Notes: generated by a model from the letters alone, not told the origin. A stretch of DNA of 64,000 nt from Oceanicaulis sp. (GCF_051859625.1 NZ_JBHYFH010000003.1:310853-374852); one strand, 5' to 3'. Positions 1 through 12,231 are shown, counted from the first letter of the stretch. Translations and numbers: made by a program.

Positions 1-32
1 GCCGCAAGGCGCGGCGCTCGATGCTCTCTGGG

Positions 33-51
33 TCCCGGACCCAGTCCGGGA
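33..51. repeat. REP-like hairpin TCCCGGAC-CCA-GTCCGGGA
   Basis: Perfect 8-bp inverted repeat; resembles the CCCGGA-TCAAG-TCCGGG hairpins at 46.6-48.3 kb. Confidence 0.45.
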
Positions 52-263
52 AAGAGGGAAAAACTGGAACAGGCGAGAGCCTGATACCGCCCCCAATCCC
101 CCTCCCCCGAAACCGCGCTAGACTCCGCAGCGTTCTTTCTCAGCTTTCAGAGACGCCATTCCGCCGCCATGAGAGGCGTGAGAGTCATCGTAGTCGTGAT
201 AGGAGTCACCGCGATGAGACTCTCATGACTCCCATCGGGACACTCCGCGCGCCGCTCCGGCGC

Positions 264-560
264 CTATTTCGGGTGCTGGCCGCGCCAGGCTTCCATGGAC
301 AGGGAGATGGCGAAAGTTTCGCGGTATTTGGGGCTGCCGGCGGGGCGGGGCGGTTGTTCGCGGGTCAGCTCCATGATTTCCGCCAGCTTGTTATGGGCGG
401 CGCCCGCCTGGCCCGCGCCGATATAGGCGTGCAGCTCCACAAGCGCGTTGGCCAGCGGGTCGTCGGCGCGGATGACGAAATAGGGCTCGTCATCGGCGAG
501 GTCGGGCAGGCAGTCATGCTTGCTGGGATTGGCTTTGGATCCGAGCGGGGCGGTGGTCAT
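264..560 (-). CDS. Hypothetical protein, 98 aa, resembling small phage-type proteins
   Basis: Motif GSKANPSKHDC...DDEPYFVIRADDPLA; upstream AGGAG RBS on the minus strand. Confidence 0.65.
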   Translation of the reverse strand: MTTAPLGSKANPSKHDCLPDLADDEPYFVIRADDPLANALVELHAYIGAGQAGAAHNKLAEIMELTREQPPRPAGSPKYRETFAISLSMEAWRGQHPK

Positions 561-783
561 GGGCGAGCTCCTTGGCGAGGCGGCGCGAATCAGAGCGCCG
601 CACTTTCATCCAGACTAGCAAATAGCGGCGCGCGCGCACCCGCCGAACTGACGCAGGCGCTGACAGGGAAAACGGAGCCCTCGCCTTGCAATCGCCTTGA
701 AATCGCCGCGCCCTTTCAACTCCGGTTCAGCTAGGCTCTGCGCATGATAGGGTTCACACGGGCGAATTGAGGGGAGAGACCAC

Positions 784-1707
784 ATGGTTCGGACCACAGG
801 ATTGATACTGATCGCCAGCACCGCGCTGGTCGGCTGCGGCCAACAATCGACCTACACCAACGATTCCGAAGGCTATATGGTCGATGACATGGCGATGATG
901 GAGGCCCCGCAAGCGGCCCCCGCCCCCATGCGCGCCCGGTCAGAGGCCGTGACGGTCGCAGGCTCCGGCGCCGCTCAGAACGCGCCAGAGGACGTCTCCG
1001 CGCCCTTGCTGGCCTACTCCTATCAAACCAGCCTCGAGCTGCCGGGCGAGGTTCTGGCGGCCACACAGGCCAGCCATGTGGCGGCGTGTCAGGATGCGGG
1101 GCCCGCGACCTGTCAGGTGATCCGCGCGCAGGTGAACAACGCCGACGGGCCGCGCCCCAGCGCCTATCTGCAGCTGCGCGCCGCGCCGGACTGGATCGTG
1201 GAGTTCCGCGCCGGGCTTGAAGGCGAGACCGAAGAGCTGGGCGGTCAGGTGCTGTCAGACCAGACCTCGGTCGAGGATCTGACCACGCGCATCGTGGATA
1301 CCGCTGCGCGCGTTGCGGCCCAGACCACCTTGCGCGACCGGCTGCAGCAGCTTCTGGAGACCCGCGACGGCGATCTCAGCGATCTGCTGGCGGTGGAGCG
1401 GGAGCTCGCGAACGTACAGGCCAATCTCGACGCCCAGGCGAGCGTTCTGGCCGCCCTGCGCCAGCGGGTGAACACCTCCATGCTGACGCTGAACTATCAG
1501 GCCGAGCGTCAGGTGGTGGAGCCTGAAACCTTCAATCCGATCGGGCGCGCCTTCAAGGAAATGGGCGAAGTGTTCGCTGAATCTGTCGCCAGCCTGATCT
1601 TGTTCCTCGCCGGCGCCCTGCCCTGGCTGGTGATCGCGGTTCCCGTGATCTCGGGCGTCGTCATCGGCTTCCGCCGCCTGCTGCGCCGGAAGAAAGCGGC
1701 GAGCTAG
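784..1707 (+). CDS. DUF4349-type lipoprotein
   Basis: Lipobox ALVGC, coiled-coil EDLTTRIVD...LLAVERELANVQ, C-terminal TM helix; GGAGAG RBS. Confidence 0.8.
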   Translation: MVRTTGLILIASTALVGCGQQSTYTNDSEGYMVDDMAMMEAPQAAPAPMRARSEAVTVAGSGAAQNAPEDVSAPLLAYSYQTSLELPGEVLAATQASHVAACQDAGPATCQVIRAQVNNADGPRPSAYLQLRAAPDWIVEFRAGLEGETEELGGQVLSDQTSVEDLTTRIVDTAARVAAQTTLRDRLQQLLETRDGDLSDLLAVERELANVQANLDAQASVLAALRQRVNTSMLTLNYQAERQVVEPETFNPIGRAFKEMGEVFAESVASLILFLAGALPWLVIAVPVISGVVIGFRRLLRRKKAAS

Positions 1708-2126
1708 GCCGAAAGGTGCAGCACCATCTGCCGGACATGCGGCCGGTCCCGATGCTCAAACAGGTAGAGCCCCTGCCAGGTCCCAAGCATCAACCGGCCG
1801 CCGCTGACCGGCACGCCCACTGAAACCGCCGTCAGCGCGGACTTGATGTGGGCGGGCATGTCGTCCGGGCCTTCGGTGGTGTGGCTGAGCCAAGCCATCG
1901 ACAGATCATCCGAGCGCGGAACCAGCCGCGCGAAAAACGCCTGCAGATCGCGCTGCACGTCCGGATCGGCGTTTTCCTGGATCACCACGGACGCCGAGGT
2001 GTGGCGCACGAAACAGGTCAGAAGCCCCTCGCCCATGCCCGACGCCGCCACGAACCGCGCCGCCTCGCGGGTGACCTCATACAGGCCGGGCCCGCGGGTT
2101 TCGATCTCCAGCACCGTCTGCGGCAT
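1704..2126 (-). CDS. yjbQ: YjbQ/UPF0047 family protein
   Basis: HTSASVVIQENADPDV, EGPDDMPAHIKSAL, LGTWQGLYLFEHR motifs. Confidence 0.9.
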   Translation of the reverse strand: MPQTVLEIETRGPGLYEVTREAARFVAASGMGEGLLTCFVRHTSASVVIQENADPDVQRDLQAFFARLVPRSDDLSMAWLSHTTEGPDDMPAHIKSALTAVSVGVPVSGGRLMLGTWQGLYLFEHRDRPHVRQMVLHLSA

Positions 2127-2225
2127 GTGCGCGTCTCCTTCAGGCTCACCAGTCTGTGTCTCGACCCTGAGGGGTAAATCTGAAACAGTCCCGCATCAAT
2201 TCAGCGGCGGCTTGGAAGGTAAGAC

Positions 2226-3074
2226 ATGCGCGAACAGGTTCGGGATTATTATGGCGACGTGCTGCAATCGAGCGGCGATCTGAAATCTGACGCCTGCTGC
2301 GAGATTTCCGCGCCCGAACCCCATATCCGTGACGCGCTGACAAACATCCATCCCGACGTGGCGAACAAATACTATGGCTGCGGCCTGATCGCGCCCGACG
2401 ACATCACAGGCAAGCGCGTGCTCGATCTGGGCTGCGGCACGGGGCGCGACGTGTTCCTGCTGGCCCAATTGGTGGGCGAAACCGGCGAAGTCGTCGGCGT
2501 CGACATGACCGACAACCAGCTTGCCGTCGCGCTGGAGCATGAAGCCTGGCACGCCGGCCGGTTCGGCTATGCCAAACCCAACACCCGCTTCCTCAAGGGC
2601 TATATCGAGGCGCTCGACCAGCTCGACCTTGAGCAAGGCAGCTTTGATCTGATCATCTCAAACTGCGTGATCAATCTCTCCACCGACAAGCCGGCGGTCT
2701 TTGCGGGCGTGCGTCATCTTCTGAAGCCTGACGGCGTGATGCATTTCGCGGATGTCTACGCCGAGCGCGCCGTGCCGGAAGAGCTGCGCACCGACCCGGT
2801 GCTCTATGGCGAATGCCTGGCGGGCGCTTTGGCCTGGTCAGATTTTCTCGCCATCGCTGAAGACACCGGCTTTGACGCGCCGGAGCTCGTCGATCACCGC
2901 CCGCTGGCGATCACCGACAAAGCGCTCATCGAGAAACTGGACGGCCTCAAATTCGTCTCCGCCACGGTCGAGCTTCGCCCCGCCCCCGCCAATGACGCCC
3001 CGCGTCAGGAAAGCGGCGATCCCTTCACCCTGCCCTCCCCGCATGCGCCCAGCAGCGGGTCGTGCTGCGGGTAG
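2226..3074 (+). CDS. SAM-dependent methyltransferase, ArsM/AS3MT-like
   Basis: DLKSDACC, YYGCG, VLDLGCGTGRD, ISNCVINLS, LYGECLAGAL; ends in SCCG. Confidence 0.8.
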   Translation: MREQVRDYYGDVLQSSGDLKSDACCEISAPEPHIRDALTNIHPDVANKYYGCGLIAPDDITGKRVLDLGCGTGRDVFLLAQLVGETGEVVGVDMTDNQLAVALEHEAWHAGRFGYAKPNTRFLKGYIEALDQLDLEQGSFDLIISNCVINLSTDKPAVFAGVRHLLKPDGVMHFADVYAERAVPEELRTDPVLYGECLAGALAWSDFLAIAEDTGFDAPELVDHRPLAITDKALIEKLDGLKFVSATVELRPAPANDAPRQESGDPFTLPSPHAPSSGSCCG

Positions 3075-3078
3075 ACCG

Positions 3079-4188
3079 CTAGCGCCAGCAGGTCAGGCCG
3101 TTTTCTGGAACGTCCATCCCGGCGGCATGGCCAGCGGCCCAGGCGATCGCCATGGGGGAGACAAGCTCCTCCCCGTCTTCGCGATTGGTCAAGACGATCA
3201 CGGACTGGCCCGTCGTCATGTCCCTCACATAGGCCGTGCCGGAATAACCGGCATGGCTGGTGATCTGGCGACCGTCCACGTCATGGCTCCACCAGCCGCG
3301 CGCATACCCCCAGCGTTCGCAGCTTTCGCCCGCATCAAACGCCCGCTGGATTTCGGCGGCCTGCGCAATCACGTCCGGATCGAGCACCTGCGGGTCATCC
3401 AGCTCCGCTTCCCAGATCATCAGATCGTTGAGTGATGAGGTGACGCCAAAATGAGACGTCAGGCCGAACTGCCAGACCCGGCGGTTTCTCGCCAGCTCAC
3501 CGTCATAAACACCATAGCCCTCCGCGCGATGGGACACGATGGCGGACTGGTCGAGCATGCGTGTCTGGTCCATGCCCAGCGGCGTCCAGAACCGGTCCCG
3601 CAAGGCCGTCTCGAAGGACCGCCCCGTCACCTCCTCGATCACCAGACCGAGCAGGAAATAGCCCTGATCGGAATAGCGCCAGTCCGTACCCGGTTCTGAT
3701 TGAAGCGGGGTCTCGATCGCTGAGGCCAGCATCTGATCGGTGGAATAGGCGATCTGGAACTGTCCGTTCGGCATGTCTTCAAACCGATGCGCCAGCCCGG
3801 CCATGTGGCTGAGCAGCTGGTTGACAGTGATCGCCGACCAATCCTCTGGCGTATCTTCGATGTAGAAAGAGAGCGGACCATCCAGTGACAGGCGCCCCTC
3901 TTCAGCCAGGCTGAGCACCATCAGGGCGGTCATATGCTTGGTGAGAGAGGCGAGCTCGAACACGGTGGCTGCGCTGGCGGGAGCGGAATGCTCGAGACTT
4001 GCAAAACCATACTCGCCCACATGAACCGGCTCGCCGTGCTCGAGAACGGCCACCACGACGCCGGGGAAGCGTCCCTCGTCCATGATCGGCGAGACCGCGG
4101 CGTCCACCGCCTCAAGGCGTGGCGGCGTGTCCTGCGCGGCAGCCGGCATGGCCGTGAGCGCTAGCATCATCAGGCTTGTTCTGAGCAT
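3079..4188 (-). CDS. Secreted serine hydrolase, beta-lactamase class C/PBP-like
   Basis: Signal peptide, SxxK (ASLTK), YSD (WRYSDQGY), HAG triad region. Confidence 0.85.
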   Translation of the reverse strand: MLRTSLMMLALTAMPAAAQDTPPRLEAVDAAVSPIMDEGRFPGVVVAVLEHGEPVHVGEYGFASLEHSAPASAATVFELASLTKHMTALMVLSLAEEGRLSLDGPLSFYIEDTPEDWSAITVNQLLSHMAGLAHRFEDMPNGQFQIAYSTDQMLASAIETPLQSEPGTDWRYSDQGYFLLGLVIEEVTGRSFETALRDRFWTPLGMDQTRMLDQSAIVSHRAEGYGVYDGELARNRRVWQFGLTSHFGVTSSLNDLMIWEAELDDPQVLDPDVIAQAAEIQRAFDAGESCERWGYARGWWSHDVDGRQITSHAGYSGTAYVRDMTTGQSVIVLTNREDGEELVSPMAIAWAAGHAAGMDVPENGLTCWR

Positions 4189-4283
4189 GGATCCCCCTCT
4201 TAGCTCTCAGCCTATCCTGGCGAGGCCGCACGCCCTAATGACGAACCCTCAAGGTGAAAGGGTATGACGTCGGCCGCCCTCGC

Positions 4284-4742
4284 CTAAAGCCCGTTCAACT
4301 CCCAGCGGCGGACGGGCTTGGCGTATCCTCCCGAGCTCTCATAGAGCGCTTCGGCGGCTTCGGTTTCAGAGCTGGTCCACATCAGGAAGGTGGCGGGGCT
4401 TTCGCGCACATCCTCGACCACGGCTTCAAAAAGGGCGCGGCCCGCGCCTTCGCCGCGGCCGGCCTTGCCCACGCACACTTCCGCCAGCCAGGCGCCGGCG
4501 CCGCCATGGCCGCTATCATAATAGGCGTGCCAGACCGCATATCCGATGGGCTCGCCATTCGCGGTCGCCGCAACGAGCACATGAAAGCTGGCGTCATGAC
4601 CGAACAGGGTGGTCTTGATGTTTTCCGGGGTGCAGTGCTCGGTTGAATCGCCGACGACTTGATTGAGTTCGCGCGACAGACGCGCGATCGCCGCCGCATC
4701 GCGGGGGCGCGCGGCCCGGACGGTCAGATCTGACTGGCTCAT
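4284..4742 (-). CDS. GNAT family N-acetyltransferase
   Basis: Start reassigned to MSQSDLTVRAARP (AAGGAG RBS); acetyl-CoA motif VGKAGRGEGAGRALF. Confidence 0.8.
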   Translation of the reverse strand: MSQSDLTVRAARPRDAAAIARLSRELNQVVGDSTEHCTPENIKTTLFGHDASFHVLVAATANGEPIGYAVWHAYYDSGHGGAGAWLAEVCVGKAGRGEGAGRALFEAVVEDVRESPATFLMWTSSETEAAEALYESSGGYAKPVRRWELNGL

Positions 4743-4788
4743 GGGATCTCCTTTGAGATGTGAGATGAAGCCGAGGGGGCGCCCTCGG

Positions 4789-6159
4789 CTATTCGCTCGG
4801 CGCGTCTTCGGACAGCAGATCGCCTGAGGTGTCCTCCCGGCGCTCTGCCTCGACGCGTTCGGCCAGAGATGTGTCTGGCGCCACGTCCGTGATCTCAGGG
4901 CTCGCCGCCTTGACGGGCCGCGCGGATGCGCGGTCAGAAGTTGGCGCGGGTTTTGGCTGCGCCGCCGTCGCTGGCAAGGCTCCGCTTTCGATGCGCAGGC
5001 GATAGGTCGGATCGGGCAAGGTGAAGCCCGCCTGATCGAGCGCCGCCTTGACGGTCGCAATGGCCACCGAGCGCGATTTGAGGAAGTCGGATTCCGTCTG
5101 GTCGATCCAGGCGGAGAAGAACAGATTAATGGTGGAATCGCCCACTTCGCGGATGCCGGCCGCCGGATCGGGCTCCGCCATCACGAAGTTCAGAGCCTTC
5201 ATCGCCTCAAGACCCGTCTCGAGCGCGGATAACGGATCATCCTCGGGGTCCACGCCGAGGGTGAAATCAAAGCGGCGCTCAGGGTTGCGGGTGTAGTTGA
5301 GAATGACCGCCTTGAAGACCAGCGCGTTCGGCAGGCGCAGATGATTGCCCTCCAGCGTCATCAGCACGGTGGCGCGCGAGGTGAGCCGGATCACCCGCCC
5401 CTCCTGCCCGTCGATGACGACATGGTCATTGGGGCGGAACGGCTGGCGCACCGACAGCATGATCGAAGCGATGTAGTTCTCGATCGTGTCCTTGACCGCG
5501 AACCCGACCGCGAGGCCGATCACCCCCGCGGCGCCCAAGAGCGCCCCGAGAAAGGCGGCGGCGTCCAGCAAGGTCAGCGCCGACACCAGTCCGAACACCA
5601 CGAACAGGCTGAACACCGTGGAGCCCAGAAGATCGGCCACAAAGCTGTTGGGCGCGAGCAGACGCCACAGCCCGTCCCAGCGGCTCAGCAGCCAGCCGAT
5701 CCCGCCAAGGACCAGAAACACCGCTATCGCCAACGCCAGAAGTGGAATGACCCGCACGAGGTCTTGCAGCGTCGTCTCCAGCTCGCCCATGGCCGGTGCG
5801 ACGCGGGTGGAGACCGACAGATCACGATCAATCCGGTTCTCCACCGTCACCACGCCCTCGACCCGAAGCGCCAGCGCCTCGGCGCGGCTTGCGGCCTCGG
5901 CGGTCAGGGTGTCCCCCGTCAGGGTGACGACGCCTGATTCAACGCTGATCTCGACCCCGGACAGGGTGTCGATCTCTCCAAAGATCGTGGCGATCCGCGC
6001 GGCGATGGCGGCGTCCGACGGCGCGTCGGTCTCAAGCGCGATCTCGCCGCCCGCCTCACCGCCTTCGACTTGCGCGAACGCCGTCTCTGGACACAGCGCA
6101 AAGGCGCTCGCCAGAAGGATCAACAGGGCGAGAGAGCGGAACAGGGTCAGAGGGTTCAT
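4789..6159 (-). CDS. MscS mechanosensitive channel with N-terminal BON domain
   Basis: BON (VESGVVTLTG...VEGVVTVENRI), AVGFAVKDTIENYIAS, QPFRPNDHV, NYTRNPERRFDF. Confidence 0.85.
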   Translation of the reverse strand: MNPLTLFRSLALLILLASAFALCPETAFAQVEGGEAGGEIALETDAPSDAAIAARIATIFGEIDTLSGVEISVESGVVTLTGDTLTAEAASRAEALALRVEGVVTVENRIDRDLSVSTRVAPAMGELETTLQDLVRVIPLLALAIAVFLVLGGIGWLLSRWDGLWRLLAPNSFVADLLGSTVFSLFVVFGLVSALTLLDAAAFLGALLGAAGVIGLAVGFAVKDTIENYIASIMLSVRQPFRPNDHVVIDGQEGRVIRLTSRATVLMTLEGNHLRLPNALVFKAVILNYTRNPERRFDFTLGVDPEDDPLSALETGLEAMKALNFVMAEPDPAAGIREVGDSTINLFFSAWIDQTESDFLKSRSVAIATVKAALDQAGFTLPDPTYRLRIESGALPATAAQPKPAPTSDRASARPVKAASPEITDVAPDTSLAERVEAERREDTSGDLLSEDAPSE

Positions 6160-6245
6160 CCGGCAAGACTTGCGCAAGGCGCAGGAAAAGAAAAGTCGCT
6201 TTAGACCAAACGCCCCGCCGCCCCATTGGTTGCGCCCCCGACAGC

Positions 6246-6276
6246 AAAAAGCCCCGCTGGAAACAGCGGGGCTTTT
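6246..6276 (-). terminator. Intrinsic terminator after rpoD (possibly bidirectional)
   Basis: AAAAAGCCCCGCTG-GAAA-CAGCGGGGCTTTT. Confidence 0.85.
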
Positions 6277-6299
6277 CGTGTCTGTCTGTCGGCGGCGCT

Positions 6300-8360
<2,061 letters not shown>

Positions 8361-8423
8361 TCGGTGATCATGCTCCCGGAGGATTTCATTGGCTGCGCGC
8401 ACATAGGGCGGCGTGGGCGCGCG

Positions 8424-10262
8424 CTAGCGCTGTCGACCCCGCCGCTCCGCGACGAGGTAATTTTTGAGGGCGTCAGAATCACCCTCTTCAAAGAAGTCGG
8501 CGTGTCTTGGTCGGTCCTGAGCGTCTTGCGCAACTCTTTCCATATAAGAAGCCGAAAGTCTGCGCCAAGCCTCAAGCCGGCTGTCAGCATCCGCTTCACT
8601 CCCCCCAAGACTGGCGCGCATCGGCGCTTTGTCTACCGCCAAACGTGTCAGTTGAGGCCCGAAACCCCGTCGAGACAACGCATCGCGCAGTCCGCCGACA
8701 GGCAGAGGTTCCCCAGAGAAACACGCGTCTAGAATCGCGTCCCTAAGGCTGTCAAGCGTTCCGAACGAGATTTGCAGCAAAGTTTCGGCCTCAGCCTCGG
8801 CGATTTCGGGGTGTTCGATCACCGCCAGCAGCAGTTGACGCAAGGGCGCGGACGGCGATTTGTGCTTGCGCTGCGCCACCAGTTCCGCGGTCGGCGGCTG
8901 CAACGGGGTGAAGCGCCGACCGGCGCCGCGCCCGGCGTATCCGCCACGATTTCGTTCAGCTCGGAAGCCGGCCTGGGGCGTGCGCCCGAACTGCGCATCG
9001 ATGCGCACATCAAACTCGGCGCGGTATTCCGCCTTGATGTCAGGGTCCTTGATCTTGGCGACCAACGCCTTGATCCGCTTGCGGAACCCCGCGCGGCGAT
9101 CCGGATCGTCCAGCGGTTCCAACTCAACTTCGCGCCGCCATAACACGTCGATCAGCGGCTTGGCGTCGCTGATGGCGTCTTTCAGCGCCTGGGCGCCCTG
9201 GTCGCGCAACAGGTCGTCGGGATCCTGTCCGTCGGGCAGAAAAACAAAGCGCAAGGTGCGCCCCGGCTCCAGCAATTCAAGCGCGCGTTCCGCCGCCAGC
9301 GCCGCCGCGCGCGTGCCCGCGACATCGCCGTCCAGGCACACCACAGGCTCCGGTCCGGCGCGCCATAATAAACGCAGCTGGTTTTCGGTCAGCGCGGTTC
9401 CCAGCGGCGCCACGGCCTGGCCCAGCCCGGCGCGCGCAAACGCGATCACGTCCATATAGCCCTCAGCCACGATAAGGCCCTTGGCCTTGATCTTGGGATC
9501 ATGGGCGAAGGCGCGCGCTTCGGGATAGCGGTATAAAAGCGAGCCCTTGTGAAACAATTCGGTCTCGGGCGAGTTGAGATATTTAGCCCGGACGTCCTTG
9601 CTCATCGCGCGGCCGCCAAACGCCACCAGCCGGTCGCGCGCATCCTTGATGGGAAACATCACCCGGCCGCGAAACCGGTCATAAGGCTCGCCGCCATCAT
9701 CGGGCAGGATCGACAGGCCGGCGTCCGACATGTCTTGCGCGCTGGCGCCCTTCTGGATCAACGCGCGGGTCAGGCCGCGGCGATTATCGGGCGCAAATCC
9801 CAGACCAAAGCGCTCCATATCCGACCGGCTGAGCCCGCGGCGTTCGAGATAAAGCCGCGCCTCTTCGCCTTCAGGCGCATAAAGAGAGCGCGTGAAATAC
9901 TCCTGGGCGAGCGCGATCCAGTCGAGCAGCGTCTTGCGATGCTGTTCTTGCTGGGGGTCGCGCTGCTCCATGCGCGGCACTTCAAGACCGGCTTCCTGAG
10001 CCAAAGCCTCGATCGCTTCCATGAAGCTCAGGCCTTGGGTTTTCTGAAGCCAGGTGAAGATGTCGCCATGCTCCTGGCTGGCGAAGCAATGGTAGAAGCC
10101 CTTCTCGTCATTGACGAAAAACGAGGGCGTGCGCTCTTTCTTGAACGGAGACAATCCGACGAACTCGCGGCCCTGCCGCTTGAGCGGCACCGTACGCCCG
10201 ATCAGCTCGGATGGGCGGATGCGCGTCTTGATCTCGTCTTTGAAACCGTCGGGAATCGCCAC
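8424..10262 (-). CDS. dnaG: DNA primase
   Basis: PFKKERTPSF...YHCF zinc-finger region, FRGRVMFPI, KYLNSPET, EGYMDV, DGDVAG, DPDD; sits upstream of rpoD. Confidence 0.95.
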   Translation of the reverse strand: MAIPDGFKDEIKTRIRPSELIGRTVPLKRQGREFVGLSPFKKERTPSFFVNDEKGFYHCFASQEHGDIFTWLQKTQGLSFMEAIEALAQEAGLEVPRMEQRDPQQEQHRKTLLDWIALAQEYFTRSLYAPEGEEARLYLERRGLSRSDMERFGLGFAPDNRRGLTRALIQKGASAQDMSDAGLSILPDDGGEPYDRFRGRVMFPIKDARDRLVAFGGRAMSKDVRAKYLNSPETELFHKGSLLYRYPEARAFAHDPKIKAKGLIVAEGYMDVIAFARAGLGQAVAPLGTALTENQLRLLWRAGPEPVVCLDGDVAGTRAAALAAERALELLEPGRTLRFVFLPDGQDPDDLLRDQGAQALKDAISDAKPLIDVLWRREVELEPLDDPDRRAGFRKRIKALVAKIKDPDIKAEYRAEFDVRIDAQFGRTPQAGFRAERNRGGYAGRGAGRRFTPLQPPTAELVAQRKHKSPSAPLRQLLLAVIEHPEIAEAEAETLLQISFGTLDSLRDAILDACFSGEPLPVGGLRDALSRRGFGPQLTRLAVDKAPMRASLGGSEADADSRLEAWRRLSASYMERVAQDAQDRPRHADFFEEGDSDALKNYLVAERRGRQR

Positions 10263-10320
10263 GAACTGAACATCCTCCAGCCCGACAGCATAAACCTGCG
10301 CGGGTCAGACGGCTAGGAGC

Positions 10321-10788
10321 CTAAGCCTGACCTTGCAGCAAAGTTTTCACTTCCTTGCCAGCTTTGGCGAAATCCATGCGGCCGGTATAGCGCTCTTTAA
10401 GCGCCGCCATGCAGCGGCCCATGTCTTTCAGCCCCCCCGCTTCAAGCTCGCTGACCACAGATTGGGCGGCCTGGGCGATCTCGGCGGGCTTCATGGGTTC
10501 CGGCAGATAAGAGCTGACGATCTCGGCTTCCGCGCGTTCGCGCTCGGCGAGATCCAGCCGGCCCGCATTTTCATACGTCTCGGCGCTCTCTTCGCGTTGC
10601 TTGAGGAGTTTTTGCAAGATCGCCTGGATCTCAGGCAAATCGCAGCCGTCGCAGCGGTCTTCCGCCCGCGCGGCGATGTCGCGATCCTTGATGGCGGCCT
10701 GGATCAGGCGCAGCGTGGAGACACGCGTGCTGTCCTTGGCGCGCATGGCGTCTTTGAGGTCAGAGAGGATGCGGTCGCGAAGCGACAT
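10321..10788 (-). CDS. yqeY: GatB/YqeY domain protein
   Basis: MSLRDRILSDLKDAMRAKD...KQREESAETYENAGRLDLAERE; conserved position before dnaG. Confidence 0.9.
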   Translation of the reverse strand: MSLRDRILSDLKDAMRAKDSTRVSTLRLIQAAIKDRDIAARAEDRCDGCDLPEIQAILQKLLKQREESAETYENAGRLDLAERERAEAEIVSSYLPEPMKPAEIAQAAQSVVSELEAGGLKDMGRCMAALKERYTGRMDFAKAGKEVKTLLQGQA

Positions 10789-10964
10789 GAGGGCACCTAT
10801 TTTCGGCGGCGCTGCTAATAAGCGCCAAGCCATTGGAATTACAAGAATTTGCAGCGCTGCCTTTAGCTTGACCCGGCCTCACCGCTCGCCTACGTTCCGC
10901 GCGTTTAACCGCCCGCCGCTGGAGCCCAGCTCGCGGTCCCGCGCGTGTCAGGAGGCGAGCACCT

Positions 10965-12170
10965 ATGCCGGAAGCGATCAAGAATCAAGAGCCGATGCAA
11001 TCAACTTCTTCCGATTCCCAGCCCGATTGGGCCACAGCCGCTCTGATTTTAGCAGACGGAACAGTGTTTTACGGAACAGGGGCAGGCGCGACCGGCTCCG
11101 CCGTCGCCGAACTCTGTTTCAATACCGCGATGACCGGGCACCAGGAAATCCTGGCCGATCCCTCCTATGCGGGCCAGATCGTGTGTTTCACCTTCCCCCA
11201 TGTGGGCAATGTGGGCGCCAACGCCGAAGACGAAGAGGCCTCGAGCCTCATCGCCCGCAAGGCGGCCGTGGGCATGGTCAGCCGCGAGGAGATCACCCCG
11301 CCGGCGAGCTGGCGGGCGGAAACCGGTTTTGACGAATGGCTGGCGGCGCGCGAAATCATCGCCATCACCGGCGTCGACACCCGCGCCATCACCCGCCGCA
11401 TCCGCGAGACCGGCATGCCCATGGCCACCATCGCCCATGCGCGCGACGGCAAGCTCGACATCGCCGCGCTGAAAGCCCAAGCCAGGAACGCCCCGCCGAT
11501 GGAAGGCGTCGAGCTGGCGGGCGCCGTCGCCTGCGACGCCGCCAATGACTGGACGGACGGCGATTGGGGCTGGTCGGAAGGCTTCGCCAAAGGCCCCGAA
11601 GACGGCCCGCTCGTCGTGGTGCTCGATTATGGCGTGAAGGCCAACATTCTGCGCCGCCTCGTCTCCGCCGGCGCCCGCGTACAGGTCGTGCCGGGCAAGG
11701 CGAGCAAGGACGATGTCCTCAAGCTCAACCCCGCCGGCGTTCTGGTCTCCAACGGGCCGGGTGATCCCGCCGCCACCGGCGAATACGCGCTCGATACGAT
11801 CCGCGGCGTGATCGAGGCCGGCGTGCCGGTTCTGGGCATCTGCCTGGGCCATCAGATGCTGGCGCTGGCGCTTGGCGCGAAGACCGAGAAGATGGTTCAG
11901 GGACATCACGGCGCGAACCATCCGGTGAAAAACATCGAGACCGGCCAGGTGGAGATCGTGTCGATGAACCACGGCTTCGCGGTGGATCGCGACAGCCTGC
12001 CCGAGGGCGCGGTCGAGACCCATGTGTCGCTGTTTGACGGCACCAATTGCGGGTTCAAACTAACCGACAAGCCGGTCTGGGCGGTCCAGCATCACCCTGA
12101 AGCCAGCCCCGGCCCGCAAGACAGCTTCAAGGTCTTTGAGAGCTTTGTCGGCGGGCTGAAAGCCGGTTAA
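10965..12170 (+). CDS. carA: Carbamoyl-phosphate synthase small subunit
   Basis: FNTAMTGHQE, SNGPGDP, GICLGHQ, SMNHGFAVD, QHHPEASPGP. Confidence 0.97.
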   Translation: MPEAIKNQEPMQSTSSDSQPDWATAALILADGTVFYGTGAGATGSAVAELCFNTAMTGHQEILADPSYAGQIVCFTFPHVGNVGANAEDEEASSLIARKAAVGMVSREEITPPASWRAETGFDEWLAAREIIAITGVDTRAITRRIRETGMPMATIAHARDGKLDIAALKAQARNAPPMEGVELAGAVACDAANDWTDGDWGWSEGFAKGPEDGPLVVVLDYGVKANILRRLVSAGARVQVVPGKASKDDVLKLNPAGVLVSNGPGDPAATGEYALDTIRGVIEAGVPVLGICLGHQMLALALGAKTEKMVQGHHGANHPVKNIETGQVEIVSMNHGFAVDRDSLPEGAVETHVSLFDGTNCGFKLTDKPVWAVQHHPEASPGPQDSFKVFESFVGGLKAG

Positions 12171-12231
12171 GCCGCTAGCGGCTCCGTCTGGCGCAATGCT
12201 AGTCTGCCTGCCGGGAAGGGGAGGCGCGCGC

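Noticed and set aside
21-734. 237-aa plus-strand ORF
   Set aside because: Arg/Pro/Gly-rich shadow frame overlapping the better-supported minus-strand gene 264..560.
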